A stretch of DNA of 63,340 nt, the filler included, from an uncultured bacterium (GTDB lineage Bacteria; B130-G9), in the NCBI GenBank assembly GCA_965372715.1. It is 5 parts of 5 records of this genome, joined end to end, with 100 filler letters (N's around TTAATTAATTAA, not from the genome) between each part and the next. Parts side by side here need not be neighbours in the genome. Positions count along the whole stretch, not along the records: positions 51,403 to 63,340 come from CBDVDH010000080.1; 4 more parts are not named here. One strand, written 5' to 3'. The notes beneath the pieces are model-generated. The model did not search any database and was not told the DNA's origin. It saw only the letters and a program-made list of their open reading frames with translations. The position numbers and the translations under genes are program-made. Positions 61,568-63,340 of this stretch are shown here, in pieces (the first letter of the stretch is position 1; each line of letters opens with the position of its first letter).

Positions 61568-63290
61568 TTTTCGCAGACCATACCTCAACAGAGTGTTGAG
61601 GCCGCTTTTTTCAGCTCTGGGTTCGGCGCGAGCGACCGCTCTCTTATATGAGTGCTTTGAGGAGCTTGGGCTTTCGCCTTTCACTCTCAACGCGTCGGGA
61701 TACCATGAGCTGGCGCTTGCGCTTTATGGGCGCCTCAAGCAGGAACGGTTAATCGATGACGATTCGATTGAGCGCCTCAGCGACAACTGGGGGCTCGACA
61801 GTGTCTCCGAATCCGAGGTCCTTGATGCTGAGCCGGACGCTGAAGAGGAGGCAATCGTTCTTCCATCCGACGCAGAGTCGATCTGCAAGACTGTCTCCGA
61901 CGCCGCGCTGAGAGGTTCGCTGGCCAAGTTCCAGACCGGAGATGAGCCAAACGATACCCAGAAAATGGTCTCGGATGTGATGGGTCTTGTTTTCAGTTCC
62001 ATCTCGAGGTTCAAGGAGGGGGAGGCAAATCCCTATTCTGCCCAGGCGGGTGCGCTTCTGGCTACTCAGCTTGAGCGCTATGAGCGGATAACCGCCTTCA
62101 GCCGGCATATCAACACGGTCGATATCGAACGGCTAAGAGAGAAGATCGCGCTTCTGCCGGACGTGCTAGCAGTTGGCGACGTCGCGATGTTCATTACCGA
62201 CGAGGGTGGCGCCTATGAGCCGTTCTACATTAGCATGGCGCAGGCCGCGGATGATTTCAGCGTGGGCTTGCTTCTCGCCTCGCTTGCGGAAGAGGTCGCA
62301 ACGAGGCGGAGCGCGGTATCGGGCTTCGAACCGGAGTTTGCCGACAGTTACCACGACTCTATTGTAGCTGCGGGCTTTTCGCCGCACTGGGTGGCGTTCC
62401 CTCTCCTGATGGAGGATGTCTTTCTTGGCGCGATAATAGTATTCGACGAGTCGAGCGATATTTACACAGAGGGCGAGATCAACGTCATCTTGCGCGTCTG
62501 CAACCATATCGCCAGCGCGCTTCAGAGCTGCATTCAGCACGAGAATGTCAAGAAGCTCCGGCAGCGATTGGATGACGAGCTGCGGGGCGTTGGCAGCGTC
62601 CAGAAAAGGCTTCTGCCGGAGGCTTTGCCTAGGCTGCCCGGGTGCGAGGTGTCGGCCTATTATCGACCTTCCGGCAGGGCGAGCGGCGACTACTATGACG
62701 TCGTAAGGACTTCGGATGATACCCTCTCGTTTATCGTTGCGGACGTATCGGGGCACGGGGCTCCCGCCGCCGTTGTAATGGCAATGAGCAAGACCGCTTT
62801 CAGGCTTCTCCTTTTGCAGGGAACGTCAATTGATCAGATGTTTCCCGAATTCAATGATTTTCTGTGCGACAACCTGAGTCCTGATATGTTCGTTACGGCA
62901 CTGGGAGGAACCATAAATGTCTCGGCCGGAGTCCTCAAATATGTCTCGGCCGGGCACACCCCTGCGATCCTTTCTCGAGGAGAAACCGGAGAGTGCGAGA
63001 TGCTGACCCAACACGGCATGCTGCTGGGGGTTTTGCCTGACCAGGAGTTCCCTTTAACTGCGGTCAAGATCGCAAAGGGGGACAAATTGGTCGTTTATAC
63101 AGATGGCATTACCGAGGCGAAAAACGAGGCTGATGAGCAGTTTGGTGTGGCTCGATTGATCGAGGCGATTAAAGAGGCCTCGGATTCTTCAGCAGGAGAC
63201 GTAGCGCACAGCATAATCCTCGCGGTGACCGACCACGCAGGGGGGCAGCTACCGGACGACGACATGACTCTGCTGATATTCTCCTTCTAG
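61560..63290 (+). CDS. GAF plus SpoIIE/RsbU-type PP2C phosphatase
   Basis: VQKRLLP, SGDYYD, ADVSGHG, YTDGITEA, DDMT; TTG 61560 with upstream AAGGAG, overlapping the amrS stop. Confidence 0.88.
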   Translation: MADFRRPYLNRVLRPLFSALGSARATALLYECFEELGLSPFTLNASGYHELALALYGRLKQERLIDDDSIERLSDNWGLDSVSESEVLDAEPDAEEEAIVLPSDAESICKTVSDAALRGSLAKFQTGDEPNDTQKMVSDVMGLVFSSISRFKEGEANPYSAQAGALLATQLERYERITAFSRHINTVDIERLREKIALLPDVLAVGDVAMFITDEGGAYEPFYISMAQAADDFSVGLLLASLAEEVATRRSAVSGFEPEFADSYHDSIVAAGFSPHWVAFPLLMEDVFLGAIIVFDESSDIYTEGEINVILRVCNHIASALQSCIQHENVKKLRQRLDDELRGVGSVQKRLLPEALPRLPGCEVSAYYRPSGRASGDYYDVVRTSDDTLSFIVADVSGHGAPAAVVMAMSKTAFRLLLLQGTSIDQMFPEFNDFLCDNLSPDMFVTALGGTINVSAGVLKYVSAGHTPAILSRGETGECEMLTQHGMLLGVLPDQEFPLTAVKIAKGDKLVVYTDGITEAKNEADEQFGVARLIEAIKEASDSSAGDVAHSIILAVTDHAGGQLPDDDMTLLIFSF

Positions 63291-63340
63291 TGTAGTGTAA
63301 CACATTTCACTTGATGCTATTTTCGCTTTCTGTTATGAGT

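Overview
The window is five unlinked contigs (1-13164, 13265-26077, 26178-38929, 39030-51302, 51403-63340) joined by 100-nt N/TTAATTAATTAA linkers and ordered by decreasing length, as in a draft or metagenome-assembled genome of a moderately GC-rich diderm bacterium. Adjacency across a linker is meaningless. Core genes include an XPB helicase, a C-terminal protease, eno, gpsA, lexA-dnaE, secA, gmd/rmd, carAB, fliW-csrA, rsmE, purL-purF, tRNA-Phe and tRNA-Arg. Accessory content includes two decaying toxin-antitoxin patches, a membrane KAP NTPase, large secreted proteins and several dispersed REP/MITE-like families. The best leads are: (1) an FGE/C-lectin-fold secreted protein with a DGR-like variable region and downstream hairpin, but no RT or TR here; (2) an AmmeMemoRadiSam set that appears to carry export signals (Tat-signalled radical SAM, leader-bearing AmrB-AmrA fusion); (3) an unnamed ~120-aa beta-rich module in four copies across three secreted proteins; (4) an OB-fold-like insertion in the KAP NTPase; (5) a REP doublet in frame inside dnaE, and inverted REP arms bracketing a TA cargo; (6) an FHA-GAF pseudo-histidine kinase. 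All family calls come from motif recognition by eye, not database searches.
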